Positions 21,139-31,183 of a stretch of 64,000 nt of DNA are shown piece by piece. Source of the stretch: Christensenellaceae bacterium Phil1 (GTDB taxonomy: Bacteria > Bacillota > Clostridia > Christensenellales > CAG-138); NCBI GenBank assembly GCA_001940855.1, contig MSGS01000044.1:20215-84214 (forward strand), written 5' to 3'. The notes beneath the pieces were generated by a model. The model made no database searches. It was not told where the DNA came from and saw nothing but the letters and a program-made list of their open reading frames with translations. Each line of letters starts with the position of its first letter. The stretch's first letter is position 1. Position numbers and translations under genes: made by a program.

Positions 21139-21939
21139 TTAGATAATGTGCTTGGCGGCAAGCGTTTCGGCAAGGCCTTCGCAGGTGGCCTTATCGGCGC
21201 CTTCAAGCATCTGGCCAACACCCTTCGGAGGAGGAGTGAAGGACTTGAATATGTTGGTGGGGGAACCCTTGAGGCCTATGGTGGTCAGGTCGATCAGGGG
21301 ATCATCCTTCAGGGTATTGAAATCGAACACGGCGATGGGCTTCTTGAAGCTTTCGTACACGCCGCCAACGCTCATGTAGCGGGGTTCGTTCAGTTCCTTT
21401 ATGCAGGTGATGAGGCAGGGAGTCTGCACCTTAACGGTCATGTAACCATCCTCCAGCATGCGCTGAACGGTAACGGTGTCGCCTTCCTTCTCTATCTTGG
21501 CGGCATAGGTGACCTGGGGCAGATGCAGCTTTTCGGCGATCTGGGGGCCAACCTGCGCGGTGTCGCCGTCGATAGCCTGACGGCCGCACATTACTATGTC
21601 GTCCTTCTCAATGCCCAGGTGGTTAATGCCCGCGGCAATTATCTGGCTGGTGGCATAGGTATCGCTGCCGCCGAATTCACGGCCGCTTATCAGCACGCCT
21701 TCGTCCGCGCCCATGGCCAGCAGCTCACGCAGCATGCCCATTGCCGGTGGGGGACCCATGGAAACAACAACTACCTTGCAGCCGGTCTCGTCCTTCAGCT
21801 TGAGGGCGGCTTCAACGGCGTTCATGTCGTCCGGATTGGTTATGGTCTGCATGGAGGCACGATTCAGCGTACCGTCCGGATTGACGGCAACCTTACCGGA
21901 AGTATCGGGAACCTGTTTTACACATACTATAACTTTCAT
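21139..21939 (-). CDS. etfB: Electron transfer flavoprotein, beta subunit
   Basis: 266 aa. MKVIVCVKQVPDT start typical of EtfB. Confidence 0.93.
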   Translation of the reverse strand: MKVIVCVKQVPDTSGKVAVNPDGTLNRASMQTITNPDDMNAVEAALKLKDETGCKVVVVSMGPPPAMGMLRELLAMGADEGVLISGREFGGSDTYATSQIIAAGINHLGIEKDDIVMCGRQAIDGDTAQVGPQIAEKLHLPQVTYAAKIEKEGDTVTVQRMLEDGYMTVKVQTPCLITCIKELNEPRYMSVGGVYESFKKPIAVFDFNTLKDDPLIDLTTIGLKGSPTNIFKSFTPPPKGVGQMLEGADKATCEGLAETLAAKHII

Positions 21940-21949
21940 GTCTGCCTCC

Positions 21950-23122
21950 TTACTTCACGCCCAGGTTGGCCGCGATGACCATGCGCTGGACTTCGCTGGT
22001 GCCTTCGTATATCTCGGTTATCTTCGCGTCGCGCATCATGCGCTCCACGGGATATTCACGGGTGTAGCCGTATCCGCCGTAAAGCTGAACGGCCCTGCGG
22101 GTAACGTCGCTGGCGGCTTCGGCTGCGAACAGCTTGGCCATTGCGGCGTCGGCAGAGTAGCTTTCGCCCTTCTTGCCCGCCATTTCGGCCTCAACATACG
22201 CCTGCTTCTTGCACGCGGCGGAATATACCAAAAACTGCGCGGCCTTCATGCGGGTATGCATATCGGCAAGCTGGAACTGAGTGTTCTGCATCTGGGAAAG
22301 ACGCTTACCGAACTGCTTGCGCTCCTGCACATACTTTATGGTTTCTTCCACGGCGCCTTCGCCTATGCCCAGCGCCTGGCTGGCGATACCTATACGGCCG
22401 CCGTCGAGCGTTTTCATGGCTATGGCAAAGCCCTTGCCTTCTTTACCCAGCAGGTTTTCCTTGGGAACGATGCAGTTTTCCATTATCAGTTCGCAGGTGG
22501 CGCTGCCGCGGATACCCATCTTCTTCTCCTTCTTACCAACGGAGAAGCCGGGGAAGTCCTTTTCAACTATAAAGGCGGAAATGCCCTTGGTGCCGGCGGC
22601 CTTGTCGGTCATGGCGAATATGATATAAACGCTTGCATAGCCGGCATTGGTTATGAATATCTTGGTGCCGTTGAGCACGTAGTGGTCGCCCTCAAGCACG
22701 GCGGTGGTCTGCTGACCGGCGGCGTCGGTACCGGCGCCGGGTTCGGTAAGGCCGAACGCGCCTATCTTCTCGCCGCTGAGCAGGGCGGGCAGATACTTCA
22801 TCTTCTGCTCCTCGGTGCCGTTCTCGAATATGGGGGCGCAGCACAACGAGGTATGCGCGGAAACTATAACGCCGGTGGTGGCGCAGCATTTGCTCAGTTC
22901 CTCAACGGCCATTGCGTAAGCCAGAATGTCTCCGCCGGCTCCGCCGTACTTGGTGGGGAACGGAATGCCCATGAAACCGTAGCGAGCAAGCTTCTTAACG
23001 GTTTCCATCGGGAAGCGTTCTTCCTCGTCTACCTCTTCCGCAAGGGGCTTCACTTCGTTTTCAGCGAACTTGCGGTACAAATCCCGAAGCATCAGATGCT
23101 CCTGTGACAGGTTGAAATCCAT
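21950..23122 (-). CDS. bcd: Butyryl-CoA dehydrogenase (acyl-CoA dehydrogenase, Etf-coupled)
   Basis: 390 aa. Acyl-CoA dehydrogenase signatures (GLTEPGAGTDAAG, YEGTSEVQRMVIA). Lies directly upstream of etfBA. Confidence 0.9.
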   Translation of the reverse strand: MDFNLSQEHLMLRDLYRKFAENEVKPLAEEVDEEERFPMETVKKLARYGFMGIPFPTKYGGAGGDILAYAMAVEELSKCCATTGVIVSAHTSLCCAPIFENGTEEQKMKYLPALLSGEKIGAFGLTEPGAGTDAAGQQTTAVLEGDHYVLNGTKIFITNAGYASVYIIFAMTDKAAGTKGISAFIVEKDFPGFSVGKKEKKMGIRGSATCELIMENCIVPKENLLGKEGKGFAIAMKTLDGGRIGIASQALGIGEGAVEETIKYVQERKQFGKRLSQMQNTQFQLADMHTRMKAAQFLVYSAACKKQAYVEAEMAGKKGESYSADAAMAKLFAAEAASDVTRRAVQLYGGYGYTREYPVERMMRDAKITEIYEGTSEVQRMVIAANLGVK

Positions 23123-23157
23123 CTTTCTCTCCTTCTTTTAAGTGTATAATAAAGAAA

Positions 23158-24012
23158 CTATTTTATATAATCGTATATCCCGCGCCCTGTTTTGCGGCCC
23201 ATAAGCCCCGCGCGCACAAGCTGCCTCAGCTTTATATGCGCCCTGTACTTACTGTCGCACGTTTCGGTATAAAGCGTATCCATTATGAACAGGCACACGT
23301 CAAGCCCAATCATATCCGCAAGCGCAAGCGGGCCCATGGGATGGTTGCAGCCAAGCTTCATGGCCGTGTCTATATCCTCTTTGCTCGCTATGCCCTCGGC
23401 CCAAAGGCCGATAGCTTCGTTTATCATGGGTATAAGCAGCCTGTTCACCACGAAGCCGGGGCATTCGTTCACCTCAACGGGGGTCTTGCCCGCCGCCTCC
23501 GCCAAAGCGCGCGCTTTCGCGTACACTTCGTCGCTTGTGAACACGCCCCTTATCAGCTCCGTAAGCTTCATAACGGTTGCAGGGTTGAAGAAATGCATAC
23601 CAACCACCCGCTCGGGGTGCTTGGTAGCGGAAGCGATATCGGTTATGGATATGGAGCTTGTGTTGCTGGCAAGTATTGCGTCCGTGCGGCAAATATCGTC
23701 CAGCTGGGCGAATATCTGCTTCTTTATGTCCGCGCGCTCAACAGCCGCCTCAACCACCAAATCGGCATCCTTACAGTCCCCCAACTCGGTGGTGAAGCTC
23801 ATGCGCGAAAGTATCGCGCTGCGCTCCTCGCCGCTCATTTTGCCCTTGGCCACTCTTTTTTCAAGGGAAGCTTCAAGCCTTGCCTTCGCGGCGGAAATGA
23901 TATTGTTGTTGATGTCCCGCACTATAACGGCCGCGCCCGCGGTTGCGAACGCCGTCGCTATGTCCAGCCCCATCGTACCTGCGCCTATTACGGCAATCCT
24001 TTCATCCATCAT
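23158..24012 (-). CDS. hbd: 3-hydroxybutyryl-CoA dehydrogenase
   Basis: 284 aa. Rossmann motif IAVIGAGTMG and the C-terminal 3HCDH domain. Confidence 0.92.
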   Translation of the reverse strand: MMDERIAVIGAGTMGLDIATAFATAGAAVIVRDINNNIISAAKARLEASLEKRVAKGKMSGEERSAILSRMSFTTELGDCKDADLVVEAAVERADIKKQIFAQLDDICRTDAILASNTSSISITDIASATKHPERVVGMHFFNPATVMKLTELIRGVFTSDEVYAKARALAEAAGKTPVEVNECPGFVVNRLLIPMINEAIGLWAEGIASKEDIDTAMKLGCNHPMGPLALADMIGLDVCLFIMDTLYTETCDSKYRAHIKLRQLVRAGLMGRKTGRGIYDYIK

Positions 24013-24018
24013 CGTTCG

Positions 24019-24795
24019 TCATTCTCCTTTGAACTCCGCCTTTGGCCGCTTCGCAAGGAAGGCGGTCATGGCGTTGAGCTGATCCTCGGTCTCGAAGCAC
24101 TCGCCAAATACCTGCGCTTCGTAATCCAGGTCGTTTTCCAGGAATCTATCCACCCTGCGGCTCATGGCAACCTTGCAGTAATGCACGGCAAGCGGCGCGT
24201 TGTTGGCAATGGTCTCGGCCATTTCCATTGCGCCGTCCATAAGCTCCGCGTCCGGATATACCCTGTTCACCAGCCGCATCCTCAGCGCGTCCTCAGCGCC
24301 CACGGGTTTCCCCGTAAGCGTAAGCGTCATGGCGTTGGATGTTCCCACCACGCGCGGAAGCCTTTGTGTCCCTCCGAAACCAGGGGTGATACCAAGTCCA
24401 ACTTCAGGTTGACCGAACTTGGCAGTTTCGGAGCAAAGCCTTATGTCGCAGCACAGTGCAAGCTCCAGCCCGCCGCCCAGGGCGTAGCCATGGATAGCAG
24501 CTATAACAGGTATATACAGATCATCTATGCGCTTGAAGGCGCGGTGTCCCGCGTCGGCAAAGGCCTTGGCCTCCGCCCGGCTCAAGCCAACCATTTCCCC
24601 TATGTCCGCGCCCGCGCCGAAGGCCTTGCCTTCGCCGCTGATTATCAGCACCCGCACTTCCGGGTCCCGTTCAACCTTTGCCGCCGCCATCTCTATTTCA
24701 TTCAGCATGGCGGTATTCAGCGCGTTCAGCGCCTTGGGGCGGTTCAGTTTAAGCAGCGCGATATGCCCGCGCTTTTCAAGCTTTACAAATTCCAT
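24019..24795 (-). CDS. crt: Short-chain enoyl-CoA hydratase (crotonase)
   Basis: 258 aa. Crotonase-fold segments FGAGADI and ALGGGLELALCCD. Confidence 0.9.
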   Translation of the reverse strand: MEFVKLEKRGHIALLKLNRPKALNALNTAMLNEIEMAAAKVERDPEVRVLIISGEGKAFGAGADIGEMVGLSRAEAKAFADAGHRAFKRIDDLYIPVIAAIHGYALGGGLELALCCDIRLCSETAKFGQPEVGLGITPGFGGTQRLPRVVGTSNAMTLTLTGKPVGAEDALRMRLVNRVYPDAELMDGAMEMAETIANNAPLAVHYCKVAMSRRVDRFLENDLDYEAQVFGECFETEDQLNAMTAFLAKRPKAEFKGE

Positions 24796-24797
24796 TT

Positions 24798-25589
24798 TTA
24801 TTTGCCCATCCCGCGCTTGACCATTTCGGTAACGGCGAAGCTGGCAACGTCGTCGGCATACTTACCCGCGCCGAAGCCCGCATCGTAGCCCAGTTCCTTG
24901 GCAAGCTCATGAGTTATACGCGGACCGCCGCAGCAGACAACGAACTTGTCGCGCAGGCCTTCCGCCTCAAGCAGCTCTATCAGGTTGGTCAGGTTCTGGA
25001 TATGAACATCCTTCTGGGTAACGGTCTGCGAGACCAGCAGCACGTCGGCCTTCAGCTCCAATGCCTTCTTTATGAAGTCCTCATTGGGGACCTGGGAACC
25101 GAGGTTGTAGGCCTCTATCATTTCATAGCGCTCAAGTCCGTAATGGCCCGCGAAGCCCTTGCGGTTCATTATAGCGTCTATACCAACGGTATGCGCATCG
25201 GTACCGGTGGAGGCGCCGACCATCACAACCTTGCGGCCGATATGTTCGCGGATATATTCGTTGGTATCTTCCATGCTCATCACGTCGGATTCAACGGTTA
25301 TAACATGGATATCCTCATAGTTTACGGTGTGTACGCAGCTGCCGTAGACAACATAGAACGTGAACTCCTTGTCCAGCGGCATATGCCATGCCACGTTGGG
25401 TTCTTCAAGGCCCATCTTTTTGGCAATCTGGCGGGCTGCCTCTTCGCCGCGCTCATCATCCTTGATGGGCAGGGTGAAGCTGGTCTGCACCTTACCGTCG
25501 TTCATCGTGTCGCCATAGGGCTTCAGCTTGGTAAGATCCAGCGTGGTATCGAAGTCTATTTTATGGGTATTGTACAGTCCGCTGCTCAT
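24798..25589 (-). CDS. kamE: Lysine 5,6-aminomutase, beta (B12/PLP-binding) subunit
   Basis: 263 aa. Cobalamin DxHxxG motif (GTDAHTVGIDAI) in a Rossmann-like C-terminal half. ATGA overlap with kamD. Confidence 0.88.
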   Translation of the reverse strand: MSSGLYNTHKIDFDTTLDLTKLKPYGDTMNDGKVQTSFTLPIKDDERGEEAARQIAKKMGLEEPNVAWHMPLDKEFTFYVVYGSCVHTVNYEDIHVITVESDVMSMEDTNEYIREHIGRKVVMVGASTGTDAHTVGIDAIMNRKGFAGHYGLERYEMIEAYNLGSQVPNEDFIKKALELKADVLLVSQTVTQKDVHIQNLTNLIELLEAEGLRDKFVVCCGGPRITHELAKELGYDAGFGAGKYADDVASFAVTEMVKRGMGK

Positions 25590-27145
25590 TCTGCAACCCT
25601 ACCTTTCATGGCCTCAATAAAGGGATTGAAGTACCTGTCGTCCTTTACCACAACGCCCGCAAGGCCCTTGCCGCCGTCCTTAGGACGCTTTACGTCGGCA
25701 AATATGCCCTTTTCGATGGTGGTGAACAGGCCAAGCTTTTCTATCTCAACAAGAAGATCGGCAGCCTTGGTCAGCACTTCGTTGGCGCGGGTTTGTATTA
25801 TGCCGCCCTCCTTATAGGTCAGCTCGTCGCCCAGATCCTTCATGGTGCGGAAAATATACTGCGCATTTTCAATGGAAAGGGCGCGGTCGCTCATGAAGGG
25901 GGTATGTATGGCCTCGGTAAGCATACCGAGAAGGTGCAGTTTCTGGCCGGTCAGTATGGTGACCATGTTGAAGAGCGCATCCTGTATATGGCCGCGGAAA
26001 ATGTTGCCGGTCATGAACTTTGTAGGCGGCATGTATTTAAGCGGCGCATTGGGGAATATTTCGCGCGCCATCTGCGCCTGGGCAAGCTCAAGCAGGAAGG
26101 TATCTTCCACGGAGGGATCCATTTCAAACGCATGGCCAAGGCCCATCTGCTCTTCCCTCATGCCGGCTTCCTTGGCGAAAGCTTCGTTTATGAACTGGGA
26201 CGCGAGCACGGTGTGCGCGGCAACGATGGCGTCGTCAGTGGTCAGGTAGTTATCCTCGCCCGTATTGATTATAACGCCGGCATAGCCGTTTATAACGCGG
26301 GAGAAGTACTGGTCAACTATGGTGCGCTGCATGTTTATGTCGCGGAACAGTATGCCGTAGAGCGCGTCGTTAAGCATAACGTCCAGCCTTTCAAGCGCGC
26401 CCATGGCGGCTATTTCAGGCATGCACAGACCGGAGCAATAGTTGCACAGGCGGATGTAGCGGTGCTGTTCTTCGCCCACTTCGTCAAGCGCCGCGCGCAT
26501 CAGGCGGAAATTCTCCTGAGTGGCATAGGTGCCGCCGAAGCCTTCGGTGGTCGCGCCGTAGGGCACGTAGTCCAGCAGGCTCTGTCCGGTGGTACGGATA
26601 ACGGCTATTATGTCCGCGCCCTGCTTGGCGGCGGCCTTAGCCTGGGTTATATCTTCATATATGTTGCCGGTAGCGACTATGATATAAAGGTAGGGGCCTT
26701 CCTTGTCGCCGAAGCAGCTAAGGTATTCGTTGCGGTTCCTTACGTTTTCGTTTATGCGCGTAATGGTCTTTTCCACAACGGGATTTATGGCTGCGCGTAT
26801 ATCGGCGTCGCTATGGGCGGGCAGCTTGCTCATGTCAAGCTCGCCGCGATCTATTGCTTCCGCAACGCCCTGCGGGTCAAGTCCGGTTTCTACCATTGCG
26901 TTGCCAATATACCACGCCGCGCCTACGGGCAGTATGGAATTGGCCATAAGGTGATCGACCACCACGTTGGGCATGGGAACGTCCATCTCGTTGACGCCGT
27001 CTATACCCAGCAGGCGGCAAACCGCGCGCTCCACGGTGACCGTGGTGTGCTGATCGATAAAGCGCTGCGTATCCGCGGCAATGTTTGCGGCGGACTGGCG
27101 GGCGCGATCGACAAGCTCGCGGTTCAGGTTCAGTTTGCTCTGCAT
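25586..27145 (-). CDS. kamD: Lysine 5,6-aminomutase, alpha subunit
   Basis: 519 aa from ATG 27145 (GGGAGGTAA upstream; track start 27205 is a 20-aa extension). The size, the pairing with kamE and the position after kamA fit KamD. Confidence 0.85.
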   Translation of the reverse strand: MQSKLNLNRELVDRARQSAANIAADTQRFIDQHTTVTVERAVCRLLGIDGVNEMDVPMPNVVVDHLMANSILPVGAAWYIGNAMVETGLDPQGVAEAIDRGELDMSKLPAHSDADIRAAINPVVEKTITRINENVRNRNEYLSCFGDKEGPYLYIIVATGNIYEDITQAKAAAKQGADIIAVIRTTGQSLLDYVPYGATTEGFGGTYATQENFRLMRAALDEVGEEQHRYIRLCNYCSGLCMPEIAAMGALERLDVMLNDALYGILFRDINMQRTIVDQYFSRVINGYAGVIINTGEDNYLTTDDAIVAAHTVLASQFINEAFAKEAGMREEQMGLGHAFEMDPSVEDTFLLELAQAQMAREIFPNAPLKYMPPTKFMTGNIFRGHIQDALFNMVTILTGQKLHLLGMLTEAIHTPFMSDRALSIENAQYIFRTMKDLGDELTYKEGGIIQTRANEVLTKAADLLVEIEKLGLFTTIEKGIFADVKRPKDGGKGLAGVVVKDDRYFNPFIEAMKGRVAE

Positions 27146-27219
27146 TGATTTACCTCCCGATAAGTCAAAACCCTGCGGAAGGGACTTTCCCCTTCCGCAA
27201 AGCAATGGGTCAAGTTTGA

Positions 27220-28497
27220 TTATTTGTTCTCGTTCTTCTGCCTGTCGGCGTAACGATCCTTACGGAGCAGCTTGGTGGGTTCAAGATACTTCTGCTCAAC
27301 GCCCTGTGCAAGGCCGGCAACACCGGTCAGCGGGGCAACCTTGCGCTTGCCTTCGCAAACGTCGCAATGGCACTCATTCTTGTAAACCTCGGGCTCGGTA
27401 TAGGTGGTGATAACGCCTTCAAAGTTGCGCAGTATTACCTTGCGCGGGGTCTGGCTTATCACATAGTTGGGCATAACGGGGGTCTTGCCGCCGCCGCCGG
27501 GTGCGTCCACCACGAAGGTGGGGATGCAGTAGCCGCTGGTATGGCCGCGCAGGGCCTCCATTATTTCTATACCCTTGGAAACGGGGGTACGGAAGTGGCT
27601 CAGGCCCAGGGACGGGTCGCAGGCGTAAATGTAGTAAGGACGGACGCGGATGCGAACAAGCTCGTTGACCAGCTTCTTCATTACATGCACGCAGTCGTTC
27701 ACGCCGGCGAGCAGAACGCTCTGGTTACCGAGAGGGATACCGGCGTTAGCCAGCATGGCGCAGGCCTTGGCGGATTCTTCGGTGATTTCGTTGGGATGGT
27801 TGAAGTGGGTGTTGAGCCACACGGGATGATACTTGCTGAGTACCTCGCAAAGATGCGGGGTGATCCTCTGCGGCATAACAACGGGGGTGCGGGAGCCGAG
27901 GCGCACTATCTCAACATGAGGTATCTTGCGCAGCTCGCCGATGATGTAATCGAGCATATCGTCGCTTACCATCAGGCAGTCGCCGCCGCTGAGCAGAACG
28001 TCGCGCACTTCGGGATGATGGCGCACATAGTCGATGCAGGTGTCTATCTGGTTCTTGGCCACTTCGCAGTCATGCTGGCCGGCGAAACGGCGGCGCGTGC
28101 AATGACGGCAATACATGCTGCACTGGTCGGTGATGAGCAGCAGCACGCGGTCGGGATACCTATGGGTCAGACCCGGGCAGGGGGAGTCGATATCCTCGTG
28201 CAGAGGATCGGCGTCTTCATAGGGGGCGAACTCAAGCTCATGCTCGGTAGGTATGGCCTGCTTACGGATGGGGTCGTAGGGATCGTTAAGATCGATAAGG
28301 GAAAGGTAATACGGGGTGATGGCCATGCGCAGCCTGCCCAGCGTAGCCTTTATGCCTTCTTCTTCTTCTTCGGTAAGGGTGATGTATTTCTTAAGGTCCT
28401 CAAGAGTTTCTATGCGGTTCTCTACCTGCCATTTCCAATCGTTCCACTGTTCATCGGGCACGTTCAGGAACAGGCCGTTTTCCCTGCTTTTCCTCAT
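27220..28497 (-). CDS. kamA: L-lysine 2,3-aminomutase (radical SAM, PLP)
   Basis: 425 aa. Cluster motif CSMYCRHCTRR and the KamA-type N-terminus WNDWKWQVENRI. Confidence 0.93.
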   Translation of the reverse strand: MRKSRENGLFLNVPDEQWNDWKWQVENRIETLEDLKKYITLTEEEEEGIKATLGRLRMAITPYYLSLIDLNDPYDPIRKQAIPTEHELEFAPYEDADPLHEDIDSPCPGLTHRYPDRVLLLITDQCSMYCRHCTRRRFAGQHDCEVAKNQIDTCIDYVRHHPEVRDVLLSGGDCLMVSDDMLDYIIGELRKIPHVEIVRLGSRTPVVMPQRITPHLCEVLSKYHPVWLNTHFNHPNEITEESAKACAMLANAGIPLGNQSVLLAGVNDCVHVMKKLVNELVRIRVRPYYIYACDPSLGLSHFRTPVSKGIEIMEALRGHTSGYCIPTFVVDAPGGGGKTPVMPNYVISQTPRKVILRNFEGVITTYTEPEVYKNECHCDVCEGKRKVAPLTGVAGLAQGVEQKYLEPTKLLRKDRYADRQKNENK

Positions 28498-28607
28498 TTG
28501 GGTTCTCCTTTACTTTTTATTTTGGTAATATAAGGTATTAACTCGTTGATGCTACGAGGGGCCCACGGACATCCGCAGGCCCTTTTTCGCATTAAGCTAT
28601 GCTGTTA

Positions 28608-29648
28608 TCAGCAATACTTCTCATCGAACAGCTTGCGGAGCTTGGGGTTCTCGCGCAGCACGTTCAGGGTGATCTCGGCATGGTTCTTGGTGTAGCCGTT
28701 GCCGACGATCATGGTGACGTCCTTGCCTACGCCCTCGGCGCCCAGAGCCGCCTTGGTGAAGCTGGTGGCCATGGAGAAGAAGTATACCAGACCGTCGTCA
28801 CGGACGGGCAGTATGGCGCTCATCTCGCAGTTTTCAATGTTTACGCAGCAGATGGACAGGTCGTATTCCTTGCCGTCGTTGGCGGCCAGCGCGTTGTCAA
28901 GCACGGCGACGGGCTCGGTAGCGGAGGCGACGATGACCTTGTGGTATACGCCAAGCTCCATCAGGGCATCGACCTGCTTGGGGTTGCGGACTACGCCGAC
29001 TACGTTGCCGTTCGGGCCGACCTTCTTCATGGCTTCGTAGCCGCAAAGAACGCCGGACTTGCCGTTGGCGCCAAGGATCAGAACGCTGTCGCCTTCCTTG
29101 GGGAGCTTGCGGGCCTGGGCGGGAGCGCCGGCCACGTCGAGGGCTGCCAGGGCGAGGGGTTCGCTCATGTCATCGGGAAGCTTGGCATAGATGCCGCTCT
29201 CGAACAATATGGCCTTACCTTCGATATCAACGCGGTCGATGTCCTTATGGATGGCCTTGATCTTGTCGATGCGCAGCGGAGTCATGGACAGGGAGACCAG
29301 GGAAGCGATCTTGTCGCCGACCTTCAGGTCGCGGTCCTTGAGGTCTTCGCCGATGTAGCAAACCTTACCGATGAACATGCCGCCGGAACCGGTTACGGGG
29401 TTCTGCTGCTTGCCGCGCTCGGCAACTATGCCAAGGATCATTTCGCCGATCTTCTTCTCGTCGCCGCCGCAGGCTTCGGAAATCTGGGTGAAGGAAGCGG
29501 AGTCGATGTTCAGGGAGATGACGTCGCACATGATCTCGTTGGAGTAGAGCTTAGTCATGTCGTTGTCGATTTTGTAAGCCGCCTGGGTCAGAACGCCCTG
29601 GGGCTCGATCACGCGATGGATACCGTACTTGTTGCCTTTCATTGCCAT
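28608..29648 (-). CDS. kdd: L-erythro-3,5-diaminohexanoate dehydrogenase
   Basis: 346 aa from ATG 29648 (GGAGGA upstream). MDR-like dehydrogenase with a GANGKSG nucleotide loop. The assignment rests mainly on size and position between kce and kamA. Confidence 0.78.
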   Translation of the reverse strand: MAMKGNKYGIHRVIEPQGVLTQAAYKIDNDMTKLYSNEIMCDVISLNIDSASFTQISEACGGDEKKIGEMILGIVAERGKQQNPVTGSGGMFIGKVCYIGEDLKDRDLKVGDKIASLVSLSMTPLRIDKIKAIHKDIDRVDIEGKAILFESGIYAKLPDDMSEPLALAALDVAGAPAQARKLPKEGDSVLILGANGKSGVLCGYEAMKKVGPNGNVVGVVRNPKQVDALMELGVYHKVIVASATEPVAVLDNALAANDGKEYDLSICCVNIENCEMSAILPVRDDGLVYFFSMATSFTKAALGAEGVGKDVTMIVGNGYTKNHAEITLNVLRENPKLRKLFDEKYC

Positions 29649-29714
29649 TGTAGTTTTTCCTCCTGATATATAATGTTTGTATTGTTGACCCACAAAAGCT
29701 TGGGTCTTGTTTAA

Positions 29715-30542
29715 TTATTTAAGGGGCTTGAGGGAAAGGATTTCCCTGGCCTCTGCGGGGGAAGCGATGCCGCGGCCGAGTTCGTTGGCCAGGCGGACTA
29801 CCTTCTCCACCAGTTCGCCGTTGCTCTTTGCAAGCACGCCGCGGCTCAGGTACAGATTGTCCTCAAAGCCTACGCGCACGTTGCCGCCCATGACTATTGC
29901 GGGCGCGGCAAGAGTGAAGGCGTTGCGGCCTACGCCGGTGGCGGTCCAGGTGGAGCCTGCGGGTATGCCGTTCACCAGCCATGCAAGGTTCTGCACGGTG
30001 GCGGGGGTGCAGCCGGGTACGCCCAGCACGAAGTTGAACTGCATGGGTGCGCCGGGGACTTCGCCCTTCTTGGCCATGGTCAGAATGGTGTCCAGATGGC
30101 CCATTTCGAAGCACTCGTATTCGGGCTTTATGCCGTTTTCGATCATGCGCTTGCCGAAGGCACGCATGGTGGGCATGGTGTTATCGAATATTTCGTCGCC
30201 GAAGTTGCAGGTGCCGCAGTCAAGCGTGGCCATTTCGGGGAACAGCTCGGTGGGCTGCAGGCGCTCCTCGGGCTTCATGCCGGTGGCGCCGCCGGTGGAG
30301 GGGATCATTATAACGTCGGGCAGTTCGGCGCGGATGGCGTCCATAACTACGCGGAAACGTTCCCTGTCCTGGGTGGGGGTGCCGTCGTCCTCGCGCACAT
30401 GCACGTGTACTATGGCAGCGCCGGCGTTATAGGCGCTCTTAGCCTCGCGCACCATTTCCTCTACGGTGTAAGGTACGTTGGGATTCTGCTTCTTGGTAAC
30501 TTCTGCGCCGCAGATGGCGGCGGTGATTATAAGCTTCTCCAT
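29715..30542 (-). CDS. kce: 3-keto-5-aminohexanoate cleavage enzyme (BKACE/DUF849 family)
   Basis: 275 aa. MEKLIITAAICGAEVTK ... AAIVHVHVRED is the typical BKACE TIM-barrel N-terminus. Confidence 0.85.
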   Translation of the reverse strand: MEKLIITAAICGAEVTKKQNPNVPYTVEEMVREAKSAYNAGAAIVHVHVREDDGTPTQDRERFRVVMDAIRAELPDVIMIPSTGGATGMKPEERLQPTELFPEMATLDCGTCNFGDEIFDNTMPTMRAFGKRMIENGIKPEYECFEMGHLDTILTMAKKGEVPGAPMQFNFVLGVPGCTPATVQNLAWLVNGIPAGSTWTATGVGRNAFTLAAPAIVMGGNVRVGFEDNLYLSRGVLAKSNGELVEKVVRLANELGRGIASPAEAREILSLKPLK

Positions 30543-30601
30543 CAGTATCTCCTTTCCTGATTATCGCTTAATCATTTGCCTTGTAAAACAAGCCGTTTGG
30601 C

Positions 30602-30997
30602 TTATTTATGCTCTATACGCTGGCAGTCCTTGGGGGTGACGCAGGTGCCGTGCGCGCGGCATACAACGATGGGTTCCTCAAGGAACTCGGCAGCGGACGC
30701 GCTGATGTCGGTACGGGAGCGGATGACCTTGCGGGCTTCGAAGGTCATGGTGCGGCTGGTGTTGCCTACGCGCTCTATTTCGCCAACGGCCTCAATATAG
30801 TCGCCGGCGTATACGGGGGCAAGGAACTCCACCTTGTCATACGCGCAGAACAGGCCCTCGTCGCCGTCGTAACGGATAAGCAGTTCGGTCGCAACGTCGC
30901 CGAACAGATGCAGCATGTGCGCTCCGTCTACGAGATTTCCGCCGTAATGTGCATCCTCAGCACCCATCCTGAGCCTGATAGTCGATTTGATAGCCAT
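30602..30997 (-). CDS. kal: 3-aminobutyryl-CoA ammonia-lyase (hot-dog fold)
   Basis: 131 aa. The size, hot-dog-like sequence and first position in the lysine operon match Kal. RBS AGGAGGA upstream. Confidence 0.78.
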   Translation of the reverse strand: MAIKSTIRLRMGAEDAHYGGNLVDGAHMLHLFGDVATELLIRYDGDEGLFCAYDKVEFLAPVYAGDYIEAVGEIERVGNTSRTMTFEARKVIRSRTDISASAAEFLEEPIVVCRAHGTCVTPKDCQRIEHK

Positions 30998-31142
30998 AGT
31001 TAGTTCCTCCTGTTGTTATAGTAATTTTCTATGGTAAAGCCTTAAAATCGTTATTCTGTTTTATATCGTTCCGTTTATGCGTTTGCGGGGCGCACCCTGC
31101 CGCACATACGGGCGGATAGCGCACCATCTTCAGATATCATAG

Positions 31143-31183
31143 AAAAGCAAAAACTATCGACACGGCAAATGCCGCATCGATAG
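31143..31183 (-). terminator. Expression-platform terminator of the lysine riboswitch
   Basis: Minus strand: CTATCGATGCGGCA-TT-TGCCGTGTCGATAG (14 bp including 2 G.U), followed by TTTTTGCTTTT. Its 5' arm is the 3' strand of aptamer helix P1. Confidence 0.75.

Noticed and set aside
23236-24888. A 550-aa plus-strand ORF, plus nested ORFs opposite hbd/crt.
   Set aside because: It is antisense to hbd and crt, which carry clear Rossmann and crotonase signatures. Its translation is Arg/His/Gly-rich with no motifs.
31000-31142. A second regulatory RNA in the 143-nt stretch between the riboswitch terminator and kal.
   Set aside because: It holds only short hairpins (CCGC...GCGG) and a direct GGTGCGC repeat. 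It has no terminator or recognisable consensus, so it is probably just an untranslated spacer.
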